Shown here: one piece after another, positions 53,504-62,238 of the stretch | Numbering within the stretch: position 1 is the stretch's first letter | Layout of the letters: each line of letters begins with the position of its first letter | Source of the DNA: Thermoplasmatota archaeon | GTDB taxonomy: Archaea; Thermoplasmatota; Poseidoniia; Poseidoniales; Thalassarchaeaceae | NCBI GenBank assembly: GCA_036336595.1 | Contig: JAYZFV010000032.1 | Location: forward strand, 1-62,238 | Length of the DNA: 62,238 nucleotides | Direction: 5' to 3' | Translations under genes and position numbers: made by a program | Notes under the pieces: generated by a model | What the model was told of the DNA's origin: nothing | What the model saw: only the letters and a program-made list of their open reading frames with translations | Databases searched by the model: none

Positions 53504-53902
53504 ATGGAACGGGAGCCGGTCAATCTCTCAGAGGCCCTTTCGTCCTTCCAAACGCTTTGGAGCCCGCGCATCATTGCGCAGATGAACGACTACGACGTCC
53601 GCATCGCGCATGTCGAGGGCGAGCACGTCTGGCATGCGCACGAGGACACAGACGAGTTCTTCCTCGTTCTCGGGGGGGAGTTCAACATCGCAATGCGCAG
53701 TGACGATGGCGAGGAGCGGGTCGTGAGGCTGCAAGAGGGCGACACCTACGTGGTTCCCAAGGGTGTTTCCCATAGGCCATCCTCACCCGGGGCATCGATT
53801 CTGATGTTCGAGCCTACGGGGACCATGTCAACCGGTGACAGCGGAGGGGGAGACATCCCCGAGGGCGTGGACAAGACCACTGGCCACAAGCTCAACTATT
53901 GA
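53504..53902 (+). CDS. Cupin-domain protein
   Basis: Cupin motifs GEHVWHAHEDTDEFFLVLGGEF and GDTYVVPKGVSHRP. Confidence 0.75.
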   Translation: MEREPVNLSEALSSFQTLWSPRIIAQMNDYDVRIAHVEGEHVWHAHEDTDEFFLVLGGEFNIAMRSDDGEERVVRLQEGDTYVVPKGVSHRPSSPGASILMFEPTGTMSTGDSGGGDIPEGVDKTTGHKLNY

Positions 53903-53930
53903 TTTGGCAGGCGTATTGGGCGCCCCGTGG

Positions 53931-56900
53931 CTACAATGTGCTCGTGGAGGTCAGCGACTTCCGGTGGATAAGTCCGAGCACGGCGGGGGCGAGAACCATG
54001 CTGGCCAGAAGCGAGAGGGCGATCATGATGGCGCAGAACAGCCCGAAGGTCGAGAAGAAGCCCATCTTGGACTGGTTGATCACCATGAACCCGGCGATGT
54101 CCGATACCGCGGAGCCAAACAGCGCGAGGCCCGAAGCGCTGCCCACGGCTGCCAGTGAGAGGTGGGGCGTCGCCCCATTCTCGCGCTCCTCGCGGTACCT
54201 CTCTATGACGTGTATGACGTAGTCTATGCCCACTCCGAGGGACATTGCTGCGATTGCCACGGTGACCATGTTGAGCCCGTATCCGGCCAGTTCGACCAAC
54301 GCGTACAGCCAGACGATTGCGACGAAGATGGGGCCGGTGGTCACTGTAGCGATGAAGAAGGGCAGGGTGCCCCAGAGGACAGAGAGGACAAGAGCGAGGA
54401 CTGCGAAGAAGACCGCGTAACCCGTTCCCAGCATGAGATAGGTGATCACCGCCGTAACCGCGACTGTCGACCCCACTCTGCGAGCGAAGTCAGCGCGGTC
54501 CCGCATCTCCTCCTCCCATCGCTGCCTCGCCGAGGTCTCCTCCCGGAAGCCCCACCACAGGGTGATTGTGCAGAGCACCACGCCCAGAAGCAGGGTGCCC
54601 TGCATCTCTTCCTGCATCGAGTCAGCGGCGACGAACCTGACGACGGGCTCGCCGGTCGGGATCGCCCAAGTGACCGGGTACTCCTCGTCGGCCGAGGAGA
54701 TCTCGCCGCGCATTCTGAGGGAGTTCCGCGCAAGCTCCTGCAACGGTGCCATGTCCTCCTCCAGTTGATCCAGGGACGGCCCGACCAAAGCGAACTGTTC
54801 GGGGCTGGAGATGCCGAAGGTGATTGAGGCGCGAGGGTAGTGCGGGGTCTCGCCGAGTACAGTGAGCCAAGGGCTTTCGTAGTCCAGCTCCTCGGCTGCT
54901 TGGATGTACTCAGCGGCTATGGAAGGTGGCATTGAGGGGTAGCCGCCACTCTTGGGGACCCCCCTGGTCAGCACGAAGCCGTATAGGAATACCAGGCACT
55001 CCCTGTCATCCAGGGAAGGCAGGCCTAGGAAATCCTTGTCGCAGCCGACTCCCCCCTCACTTGCGGATGGGTCCCAACCCGCCTCTACGAAGGGGGTTAT
55101 GTTCCATGCCATCGCGGCCTTGGCGAAGACTAGTATCTCGTCTATGGCTCGCAGCTCTACCTCTCCCGTCGGAAGGCGAGAAATCTGGTCCGGGTCCTCC
55201 GGTCCGTGAGAGTTCACGTTGATACGGAGCTCTCCGAAGGCGGCTATCACCTTGGGATTCGCCATGTCGCCCTCGATCAGAATGGAGCCTGGCTCGCCCT
55301 CGTCGCTGAAGCGCTCGTTGACCAGGCTAATCCCCACCGCTAGGTCGGAATCGCCCTCGATGAAATCCTCGACCTGGAAGTCTCCCTCTAGAGAGAGCAT
55401 CATCGGAACGGCCACCGCGGTGATCAAGATGGTCAGCACGGCGACCACCGGGGCGTATCTCGCTGAATTGGTCGTGACCGCGGCCAGCCACGTCTTCGGA
55501 ATCATGTGCACCAGACCCTCCTTCTCCTCCTGCAACTTCCCCCTTGACTCCATCCACTGGTCGAAGTCGTAGCGGGCCAGCGGGACCCAAAGGCCGGTGA
55601 GGATGAATGCGGACAGCACCCCGAGACCGGCTTCTATGCCAAAGGAGCGCAGGGCGGCAATGCTCGAGGTCATGTTGGCCATGAACGCGACTATGGTGGT
55701 GGTCGAGGTCAGCAGGATAGCACGGCCGACTCTGGTGACAGCGGTGTGAGCAGACCGCTCGGGACTGGCTCCCCCCCTTCTCTCCTCCTTGTACCTGTGC
55801 AGCGCGTGTAGGCTGTCGTCTATGCCAAGAGCCAGGACCAGAATCGGCAGGAGATTGGAGAACTGTGAGCGGAATATCACTTCCATCCCCGATCTCTGCC
55901 CCAATATTATCGTCCATCCGATCAGGCCCTGCATCCAAATCAACGACAGTACCAGGCCGACTGACACGATGGCCACATCGGACGCCCTCCTCAGACTGAG
56001 CCACAGCAGCATAGTGACAACCAAAGCCATTATCGCAATCAGAAAGGCGCTCGACAGCAGCTCGCGGTTGATCTCGACGTTGACGCCCTCAGCTAGCATC
56101 AGAGTGACGACCATGTCATCAGTGGCTCTCAGGTCCTCCTCGAGGGCCAGATAGAGCCATTCCATCGAGCAGAGTTCCTCGCCCGCCAGAGCTCTCTGGC
56201 GACACTGCTCGACCGAGTTGTGGATTGGTTTGGTCTCAAGTGTGACTCCGTCCCACTCATATCCGAAATCCGAACTGGAGTTCAACCACGAGAATGACCA
56301 GCCGTTTCTCTGCATGGCCTCTCTTTCGAAGTTGATGAGCAGCCACGCAGAAGACGCCGACCAACGCCCAGGGCCCCATTCCTCGGCAGTGATGGTTCCG
56401 TCCGCGAGGAGTTGGTGGTCGTAAGGTCCGAACACAGTGCTTGATTGGTCCGGGGTGAATCCTCGATCCTGGGACAGGAGCCTGAGGAAGGCGCCTGAAC
56501 TGTGATTGGCCAGCCTGTGTGCGGCTAGGTCGATGTGAGACTGAGTGAGGTTCTCGTCGTCGAATGACAGGCACTCGAGGACGTCGCAGTCGACCCAGTC
56601 GGTTGGCGGCGGTGCCATGGTCAATGTCTTGGGGTCGATCCTGGGGCTAGTCAAGGCTGATTGACCCGACATGAATGCCCTAAAGTCGGTTGCGAGGTCG
56701 AGTATGCCCACCACAGGCTCACCGGTGATCTGGGATGCGAACGAGAGATAGAACTCGGAGATCTCGTGCTGCCTCAGGTACTCGGCCTTGGCGTCGATCT
56801 CCCTCAGCACGGTGAGGTTGAGTATCCCGCCCACGGGGTTGGTCGCGCCTAGGCCGTCACCGGTATAGTCGGCTATCATCACGACGTCGGAGTCCGGCGC

Positions 56901-57194
56901 GCCGAAGTAATTCGGGTCTCGCAGGTATATCCCGAAGGCCTCAATCCCGCCGGCTGAGGAGAATTCCTCCATGAGGACATCGTTGGCTTCGAGCTCCGGT
57001 GACTCTAGGTCGTAGGACTCAATGTCGATTGGGCTGAATGCAGCCGATAGCCCTGGGAGCATCAGCAGAGTGATGACGAATACGAAGGGATGGGCCTGCT
57101 TGCTCCTGGGGACAAGGAAGTCCGCGACATGGGCGAAATCCCTCATAGCGCGGTCCCGCGCGAGGGGGTATTTCACTGGTTGCGTACGGATCAC
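53931..57194 (-). CDS. RND-superfamily (MMPL / HAE3-like) membrane transporter
   Basis: Two 6-TM bundles, each preceded by a large loop, with duplicated motifs LALGIDDSLHALHRYKEER and SLGVGIDYVIHVIERYREER typical of MMPL/HAE3 exporters. Confidence 0.85.
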   Translation of the reverse strand: MIRTQPVKYPLARDRAMRDFAHVADFLVPRSKQAHPFVFVITLLMLPGLSAAFSPIDIESYDLESPELEANDVLMEEFSSAGGIEAFGIYLRDPNYFGAPDSDVVMIADYTGDGLGATNPVGGILNLTVLREIDAKAEYLRQHEISEFYLSFASQITGEPVVGILDLATDFRAFMSGQSALTSPRIDPKTLTMAPPPTDWVDCDVLECLSFDDENLTQSHIDLAAHRLANHSSGAFLRLLSQDRGFTPDQSSTVFGPYDHQLLADGTITAEEWGPGRWSASSAWLLINFEREAMQRNGWSFSWLNSSSDFGYEWDGVTLETKPIHNSVEQCRQRALAGEELCSMEWLYLALEEDLRATDDMVVTLMLAEGVNVEINRELLSSAFLIAIMALVVTMLLWLSLRRASDVAIVSVGLVLSLIWMQGLIGWTIILGQRSGMEVIFRSQFSNLLPILVLALGIDDSLHALHRYKEERRGGASPERSAHTAVTRVGRAILLTSTTTIVAFMANMTSSIAALRSFGIEAGLGVLSAFILTGLWVPLARYDFDQWMESRGKLQEEKEGLVHMIPKTWLAAVTTNSARYAPVVAVLTILITAVAVPMMLSLEGDFQVEDFIEGDSDLAVGISLVNERFSDEGEPGSILIEGDMANPKVIAAFGELRINVNSHGPEDPDQISRLPTGEVELRAIDEILVFAKAAMAWNITPFVEAGWDPSASEGGVGCDKDFLGLPSLDDRECLVFLYGFVLTRGVPKSGGYPSMPPSIAAEYIQAAEELDYESPWLTVLGETPHYPRASITFGISSPEQFALVGPSLDQLEEDMAPLQELARNSLRMRGEISSADEEYPVTWAIPTGEPVVRFVAADSMQEEMQGTLLLGVVLCTITLWWGFREETSARQRWEEEMRDRADFARRVGSTVAVTAVITYLMLGTGYAVFFAVLALVLSVLWGTLPFFIATVTTGPIFVAIVWLYALVELAGYGLNMVTVAIAAMSLGVGIDYVIHVIERYREERENGATPHLSLAAVGSASGLALFGSAVSDIAGFMVINQSKMGFFSTFGLFCAIMIALSLLASMVLAPAVLGLIHRKSLTSTSTL

Positions 57195-58159
57195 AGGCCA
57201 CTGTCCCTGAGACTCTCGAGCGCCTCTCGTTGGGACTTGCTGAGTTTGTCTGGCTCGGCGAGCGTGAACTCGATGTCGAGCGGCCCTCCGGCGTGACCGT
57301 GGCCCTGCAGCCTCCTTCGATCACCGATGCGAGTCCCCTCGGGAACGTCGATCTGCACTCTCTTTCCTGCAGGCGTCCTGATCCTGACCTTGCCTCCCAG
57401 AAGCAGTGTCGTGATGGGTACGGTCACCTCCTGGATGAGCCTGCCGTCCTCCCAGCGACGTCCCTCGTCGGCGTCGAGCCTGAGCGTGATCAGCAAGTCC
57501 CCGGACTCTCCCTCGGGGTGCTCGTGGCCCATGCCCTTGAGGCGCAGCAGCTGCCCGTGCTCGGCGTCAGGCGGGACCTTGACCGTCAGCGTGCTGCCCT
57601 TGGTTTGGACTCCGGTGCCATTGCAGGCCGCGCAGCGCTTGGAGGTCCCGAAGCTGGAGCCACTGCACTTGGCGCACCTCCTCATGCGGCGGTGGCTGAA
57701 CCTGACCTCGGTGCCGCTGACAGCTTGCTCCAGAGTGATATCCAGCCCTGCCTCTATGTCGGCCCCTCGTGTCGGCTGCACCGGCTGTGAACGCTGAGGG
57801 GGGTGCTGCTCGAAACGGACGTCGAAGCCGGGGGTAGCGGTGGCTCCTCGCCCGCCCATGAACTGGGAGAGGATGTCGCCGAGGTCAACCCCGCCGAAGC
57901 CGCCACCGAAGGACGGGCCCCCCCTCCCGCCCCGGAACATTTCCTCCATGCGACTACGCTGGTCGTGCTCGCTGCGGGCTTCGGCGGTGCCGATGGCCTC
58001 GTAGGCGGCCTGTATCGCTTTGAAGCGCTCCTCTGCCGCCGCATCGTCGGGATTCCTGTCGGGGTGGTACTGCCGAGCCAACTTGCGGTACGCGCGCTTG
58101 ATCTCGGCGTCGGTTGCGTCCCTAGAGACGCCGACCACGCGGTACGGGTCCTCGGCCAT
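57191..58159 (-). CDS. dnaJ: DnaJ (Hsp40) co-chaperone with a shortened zinc-finger region
   Basis: J domain DPYRVVGVSRDATDAEIKRAYRKLARQYHPDRNPDD, a G/F region, and only two CxxCxG repeats (CAKCSG, CAACNG). The stop overlaps the MMPL gene start by 4 nt. Confidence 0.88.
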   Translation of the reverse strand: MAEDPYRVVGVSRDATDAEIKRAYRKLARQYHPDRNPDDAAAEERFKAIQAAYEAIGTAEARSEHDQRSRMEEMFRGGRGGPSFGGGFGGVDLGDILSQFMGGRGATATPGFDVRFEQHPPQRSQPVQPTRGADIEAGLDITLEQAVSGTEVRFSHRRMRRCAKCSGSSFGTSKRCAACNGTGVQTKGSTLTVKVPPDAEHGQLLRLKGMGHEHPEGESGDLLITLRLDADEGRRWEDGRLIQEVTVPITTLLLGGKVRIRTPAGKRVQIDVPEGTRIGDRRRLQGHGHAGGPLDIEFTLAEPDKLSKSQREALESLRDSGL

Positions 58160-58248
58160 CGAATCTGTCCGGCAGGGGCGTGCCTTCAATCTGATGAGCG
58201 AGGGATATGTGCCGATGCGCTAATCACGAGGTCTGGATTCGAGGTGCC

Positions 58249-58848
58249 ATGGGCGTGGGGTGGGCGGTCTTCCGCAACTACGTCGAGCATGCCAAGGAGA
58301 TCTTCGGTGACATCACCGACTATCCCCGCTTCTTCCTGATGCCCCCCTCGGCCATGGTCGAGGCCGACGGGAGCGGGGGCAACGTCGTCACCCTGCTGGC
58401 GCCCGACGAGCACATCGACCACGAGGTCGAGATGGTGATTCGGCTCGGGGAAGACCTCGATCCCGTCGAGATGTGCGTCGGCATCGACACGACCAACAGA
58501 ACTCGGCAGGGCCTCGCGAAGGAGAAGGGGTGGCCATGGCTCGAGGGGAAGGGGTTCCGAGGCTCGGGGGTGCTTGGCACCTGGGCGGCGTGGGACAACA
58601 GGGCAGTGGAGATTGGCCTCTCTCTGAACGGCGATACCAAGCAGCAGGCATCGACCGACCTGATGGTGCACTCGGTGGATTCGATCCTGGGGCATCTGAG
58701 TGGGTGGTACGACCTCTCTCCCGGCGACCTGGTGTGGACTGGTACACCGGAGGGCGTGGGGCCGATGCACCCTGGAGATGTCATCGAGGCGTGGATGAGG
58801 AACTCTGACGGCGATACGGTCAGCGTGCTCAACGCCGTCTGCGAGTAG
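58249..58848 (+). CDS. Fumarylacetoacetate hydrolase (FAH) family protein
   Basis: IDHEVEMVIRLG, GKGFRGSGVLG, LSPGDLVWTGTPEGVGPMHPGDVIE. Confidence 0.8.
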   Translation: MGVGWAVFRNYVEHAKEIFGDITDYPRFFLMPPSAMVEADGSGGNVVTLLAPDEHIDHEVEMVIRLGEDLDPVEMCVGIDTTNRTRQGLAKEKGWPWLEGKGFRGSGVLGTWAAWDNRAVEIGLSLNGDTKQQASTDLMVHSVDSILGHLSGWYDLSPGDLVWTGTPEGVGPMHPGDVIEAWMRNSDGDTVSVLNAVCE

Positions 58849-58885
58849 GACAAACATTCAGTATCACCGCCCCTGGTGTGCATCC

Positions 58886-60139
58886 ATGGACGGAGGCACC
58901 CGTCGCATCACGGGAACCCGGCTGATCGACCACGATGGCGCTGTCCAGCAGGGTGACTTCCTGCTGCACCCGGACGGCTCCGTGTCTCCCAGCAAGGGTG
59001 ACGAGGACGTGGTCGAGAGCATCGACGGCTCGATGCGTCTGGCCACGCGATCCTTCCAGAACTGGCACACTCACCTCGGTATGGTCCTCAACAAGTCGAT
59101 GGGGGAGGCCCTCCCGCTAATGGAGTGGCTCGAGACCTCGATCTTCCCGGTCGAGAAGAACCTGACCGCCGAGTTCGTGGAGGCAGGCACGAGGGCCGCG
59201 GCCGCGGAGATGATCGCCACGGGGACCACCTTTGTATGCGACATGTACTACCACCCAGACGTAGTCGGCCATACGCTCTCAAAGAGCGGGGTTAGGGGGA
59301 TCGTCTGCGGGCCCATCACAGAATTCCCGACTCCCTCCTACCCCGAGGGGCCGGGACAGGCCCTCAGCACGATGGAGCGCCTGATCGCCGAGGGCACGCC
59401 TCGCCCGGAGAGAGTCGATTACGGCATCGGCACCCACTCTGTCTACACCTGCTCCGAGGAGACCCTGAAGAAAGCCTCCGAGATCTCCCGGGACACCGGC
59501 TGCACCCTGAGCATCCACACCTCGGAGACCAGGGAGGAGGTGGCGGACTGCCATGCCGAGCACGGCATGTACCCGATCGAGTACCTCGACTCGATCGACT
59601 ACTTCACAGAGGGCACGGTCTGCGCGCACTGCGGCTGGGTCACCAAGAAGGAGATGCGCATCCTCGCTGGCCACCACGCCCACGCAGTCCACTGCCCCGT
59701 CAGCAACCAGAAGCTGGCGTGCGGAGGCACGATGTCCTATCCCGCGATGAGGGAGGCGGGGGTCGACGTGCGTCTGGGCACCGACGGGGCGGCGAGCAAC
59801 AACGCCCTGGACATGCGCGCTGAGGCCAAGGCCGCCAGCCTGGTCCAGCGCCACGACCACTGGGATGCGAGGATCCTCGACCCGTCCGAGACCTGGAGGC
59901 TTGCCACTAACGGTTCGACCGACTGGGTCACTTGGGACCTTGACGACATCAGGATGCGGCCTTGGGGCCGTGGTGGCAGGAGGCTCCTCGCCAACCTGAT
60001 CTACTCCGGTGGCAGGGTGCTCGACGTCTTCGTCGGTGGCGAGGCGCTGCGGCGGGATGGCACCACCCTAACTATCGATGAGCGCGCCGCTGCGATCACA
60101 CTCGAGGATGCGGTCACAGAGTACTACGCGAATCTCTGA
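58886..60139 (+). CDS. Amidohydrolase, MTA/SAH (or related nucleobase) deaminase-like
   Basis: HxH motif NWHTHLG, LEWL...IFP, later HTSE and GTDGAASNN motifs of the ATZ/TRZ-MtaD subgroup. Confidence 0.78.
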   Translation: MDGGTRRITGTRLIDHDGAVQQGDFLLHPDGSVSPSKGDEDVVESIDGSMRLATRSFQNWHTHLGMVLNKSMGEALPLMEWLETSIFPVEKNLTAEFVEAGTRAAAAEMIATGTTFVCDMYYHPDVVGHTLSKSGVRGIVCGPITEFPTPSYPEGPGQALSTMERLIAEGTPRPERVDYGIGTHSVYTCSEETLKKASEISRDTGCTLSIHTSETREEVADCHAEHGMYPIEYLDSIDYFTEGTVCAHCGWVTKKEMRILAGHHAHAVHCPVSNQKLACGGTMSYPAMREAGVDVRLGTDGAASNNALDMRAEAKAASLVQRHDHWDARILDPSETWRLATNGSTDWVTWDLDDIRMRPWGRGGRRLLANLIYSGGRVLDVFVGGEALRRDGTTLTIDERAAAITLEDAVTEYYANL

Positions 60140-60186
60140 CTCAATGGGTTCGGAAATGCTCAATACTCAAACCACAAGTCAGCATC

Positions 60187-61140
60187 GTGGATTCAAGCGA
60201 GTCCGGTTTCCCAACGAAGCTTGCCTCTGCGTTGGATGCCATCGGCAACACGCCGATCGTCCAACTCCAGAAAATCGTTCCCGATGGCTGTGCTGACGTA
60301 TATGTGAAGCTGGAGTCATTCAACCCTACCGGGTCGAAGAAGGACAGGATGGCCCTCTCCATGATAGAGGGCGCAGAGAGGAGGGGGGAGCTCCGCCCTG
60401 GAATGACGGTGGTCGAGTATAGTGGCGGCAGCACGGGCTCCTCTCTCGCTTTCATCTGCGCTGTCAAGGGCTACCATTTCCACGTCATCTCGGCAGATCC
60501 CTTCGGTAGGGAGAAGCTCGACACGATGAGCGCCTTCGGGGCTAATCTCGAGGTCATGGATAGTCCCGAAGGGAAGATCACGGCCGAGGTGGTCCGGGGG
60601 ATGATTGACCGTGCAGCCGAATTGGCCGAGGATGAGGACTACTTCTTCACTGACCAGCTGAACAATGACGACGTCATCCCAGGATTCGAGAGGATGGGGG
60701 ACGAGATTATCGAGCAGATTGGTGGGCCCATCGATGCCTTCTGCGATTCAGTAGGCACCGCCGGATCGCTTCTAGGGGTCAGGGAGGCATTCCACAAGGC
60801 GGGCCAGAACACGAAGATAGTCGCCCTCGAACCAGCTTCATCCCCGATCATGACCGAGGGGCGGAGGGGAGGGCACAAGGTCGAGGGCATTGGGCTCGGA
60901 TTCATCGTGCCCCACTTAGAGGGCGAGCCCTACGATGAGGCACGGGCCATAGAAGAGAGCGTGGCGCGTGAGACGGCGGTTCGTCTGGCTCGCGAGGAGG
61001 GCATCTTCGCCGGCACATCGAGTGGGATGAATGTGGCGGGTGCCCTCGAGCTGGCCGCCGAATTGGGGCCGGGCAAGACTGTCGTGGCGATTGCCGTCGA
61101 TACAGGTTTGAAGTACCTCTCAGAAGGGTTGTTCTCTTAG
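60187..61140 (+). CDS. Cysteine synthase / PLP-dependent beta-replacement enzyme
   Basis: IGNTPIVQL, PLP-lysine motif ESFNPTGSKKDRMA, GGSTGSSLA, GTAGS loop. Confidence 0.85.
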   Translation: MDSSESGFPTKLASALDAIGNTPIVQLQKIVPDGCADVYVKLESFNPTGSKKDRMALSMIEGAERRGELRPGMTVVEYSGGSTGSSLAFICAVKGYHFHVISADPFGREKLDTMSAFGANLEVMDSPEGKITAEVVRGMIDRAAELAEDEDYFFTDQLNNDDVIPGFERMGDEIIEQIGGPIDAFCDSVGTAGSLLGVREAFHKAGQNTKIVALEPASSPIMTEGRRGGHKVEGIGLGFIVPHLEGEPYDEARAIEESVARETAVRLAREEGIFAGTSSGMNVAGALELAAELGPGKTVVAIAVDTGLKYLSEGLFS

Positions 61141-61301
61141 TGAGCTCTCGTGGACGCATGTGAACCGATCCGACGAGGTCGGCTTGAGTTGTGGCTCAGA
61201 AGATCTTGGCTGCGGTGAGGGTAGGGAAGATGATGCCCCCGAGTACCACGGTGCGGGGCGGAGTCGAGTGATTAATAGGGGAGCCATTTCCACGAAAAGT
61301 C

Positions 61302-61529
61302 ATGGAATGCAACATTGATGCCAGGGGCCAGTACGTTCGAATGATGCTGGGGATTTTTGCGATCATCGGCGCACTCCCATTCGTCCTTGTCACGGTTTAC
61401 GGGGTGCTCGACCCACTGATCGGCTGGACTGTCGTAGCAGGTCTGGTCGCCGCCGGCGCGTTCGGAATCTTCGAAGGATGGTCAGGTTGGTGTATATTCC
61501 GCGCAATGGGAATCAGGACATCGTTGTGA
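61302..61529 (+). CDS. Small membrane protein (DUF2892/YgaP-like)
   Basis: NIDARGQYVRMMLGIF...GAFGIFEGWSGWCIFRAMGIRT matches the two-TM DUF2892 pattern. Confidence 0.55.
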   Translation: MECNIDARGQYVRMMLGIFAIIGALPFVLVTVYGVLDPLIGWTVVAGLVAAGAFGIFEGWSGWCIFRAMGIRTSL

Positions 61530-61535
61530 ATGAGG

Positions 61536-61940
61536 TCATTCGTCCCCTAAGTGTAGATATCCTGACACGAATAGGGCAAACGCCGCTATCATACCTGGCG
61601 CCGCAGGAGCAGGTTCCAAGTATCCATAACCTAAATCGGAGCCTGCAAGGTAAACTAGTGCGAAACTAAGGATATTTACTCCTGCAATCGTCATTGCAAG
61701 AATTGCCTGAGGCCTCCCTTCGATAAATTGGCCAGAAACTAAACAAATAATTGCGATCATGAGGATGTTTGCAGCCCACGCTCTCTCATAGAAAACATCG
61801 TAATCAGTGTAATCAGCACCCCATGCAGCTTCAGCTGATGATCCTCCATTAGTGTAAGTCCACAATCCAAGGATTGTGAATATGGCACCCACGCCTGTCA
61901 ACCACCACTTTGGCGGCATGAATCGTTTTATTGCATCCAT
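61536..61940 (-). CDS. Hypothetical 4-TM membrane protein (lower-GC gene)
   Basis: Hydrophobic segments WWLTGVGAIFTILGLW, ILMIAIICLVSGQF, AILAMTIAGVNILSFALVYL, MIAAFALFVSGYL. ATG 61940 abuts the stop of the next gene. Confidence 0.4.
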   Translation of the reverse strand: MDAIKRFMPPKWWLTGVGAIFTILGLWTYTNGGSSAEAAWGADYTDYDVFYERAWAANILMIAIICLVSGQFIEGRPQAILAMTIAGVNILSFALVYLAGSDLGYGYLEPAPAAPGMIAAFALFVSGYLHLGDE

Positions 61941-61941
61941 T

Positions 61942-62196
61942 TCACTCACCCTCCGATGAGTCGGACGACCCCTCATATGCAACACAAGGAGTTAGCGCAA
62001 CAAGGCCAATAAAACATAGAATCATGAAAAATTCAGCCGGCCCCTCTGAAGGTGCTCCTTCTGCCACGGTCCAGAGATATTGGGAGATTAACAAAGCAAC
62101 CGCTGCCATTACACCACCATGCCAAGGACGCATCGGCCCTACCTCCTTGCCCATTACGGCCGTCAGTAGGAACACCAGAACCCCGATTACACCCAC
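61942..62196 (-). CDS. Hypothetical small membrane protein (may extend beyond window)
   Basis: Hydrophobic ORF (VIGVLVFLLTAVM, VMAAVALLISQYLW, FFMILCFIGLVAL) in the same lower-GC tract. The frame stays open towards the window end. Confidence 0.3.
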   Translation of the reverse strand: MGVIGVLVFLLTAVMGKEVGPMRPWHGGVMAAVALLISQYLWTVAEGAPSEGPAEFFMILCFIGLVALTPCVAYEGSSDSSEGE

Positions 62197-62238
62197 TGCT
62201 AGACCGCCCTGTGCGATTGTCTGCTGGGAAGAGTCTAG

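Noticed and set aside
1-62238. CRISPR arrays, rRNA genes, transposases/IS elements, and recognisable defence systems (RM, TA, Cas, Argonaute-type).
   Set aside because: Reading both strands, I found no regularly spaced direct repeats, no rRNA-like sequence, and no ORF with transposase, integrase, nuclease-helicase or toxin-antitoxin signatures.

Overview
A GC-rich, densely packed chromosomal segment from an archaeon. The archaeal assignment rests on an A-type ATPase B/D pair, Nop5-fibrillarin, PCNA, TFS, Orc1/Cdc6, ABCE1 and an archaeal-type triosephosphate isomerase. Many genes look bacterial, which suggests an uncultured marine euryarchaeote of the MGII/Poseidoniales kind; this is inference only. 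I call about 60 CDSs and one tRNA-Gly(UCC). I recognised no rRNA, CRISPR array, integrase or transposase. Non-coding highlights: (i) an AT-rich gap with degenerate ORB-like boxes directly upstream of orc1/cdc6; (ii) a second AT-rich island about 5 kb away with an exact TTCCAGTGGAAA mini-ORB core, flanked by two divergent winged-helix genes, one an 869-aa orphan; (iii) an unusually long (about 390 bp) GC-rich non-coding gap with RNase-P-RNA-like motifs in the right order. Coding highlights: a BoxB-like di-iron acyl-CoA oxygenase inside a crotonase / 3-hydroxyacyl-CoA dehydrogenase cassette; a site-2-protease homologue that has lost HExxH; a PPAT-DUF359 (dephospho-CoA kinase) fusion; a eukaryote/bacterial-type class I aldolase plus GlpX pair; two tandem lipobox-bearing secreted hydrolases sharing a short C..DDGSC module; tandem squalene/phytoene-synthase paralogues; and a highly divergent two-repeat TBP-like protein in a three-gene operon. 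All functional calls come from reading the translated ORFs by eye, with no database searches. Many start codons are uncertain, and long antisense ORFs typical of high-GC DNA were discarded.
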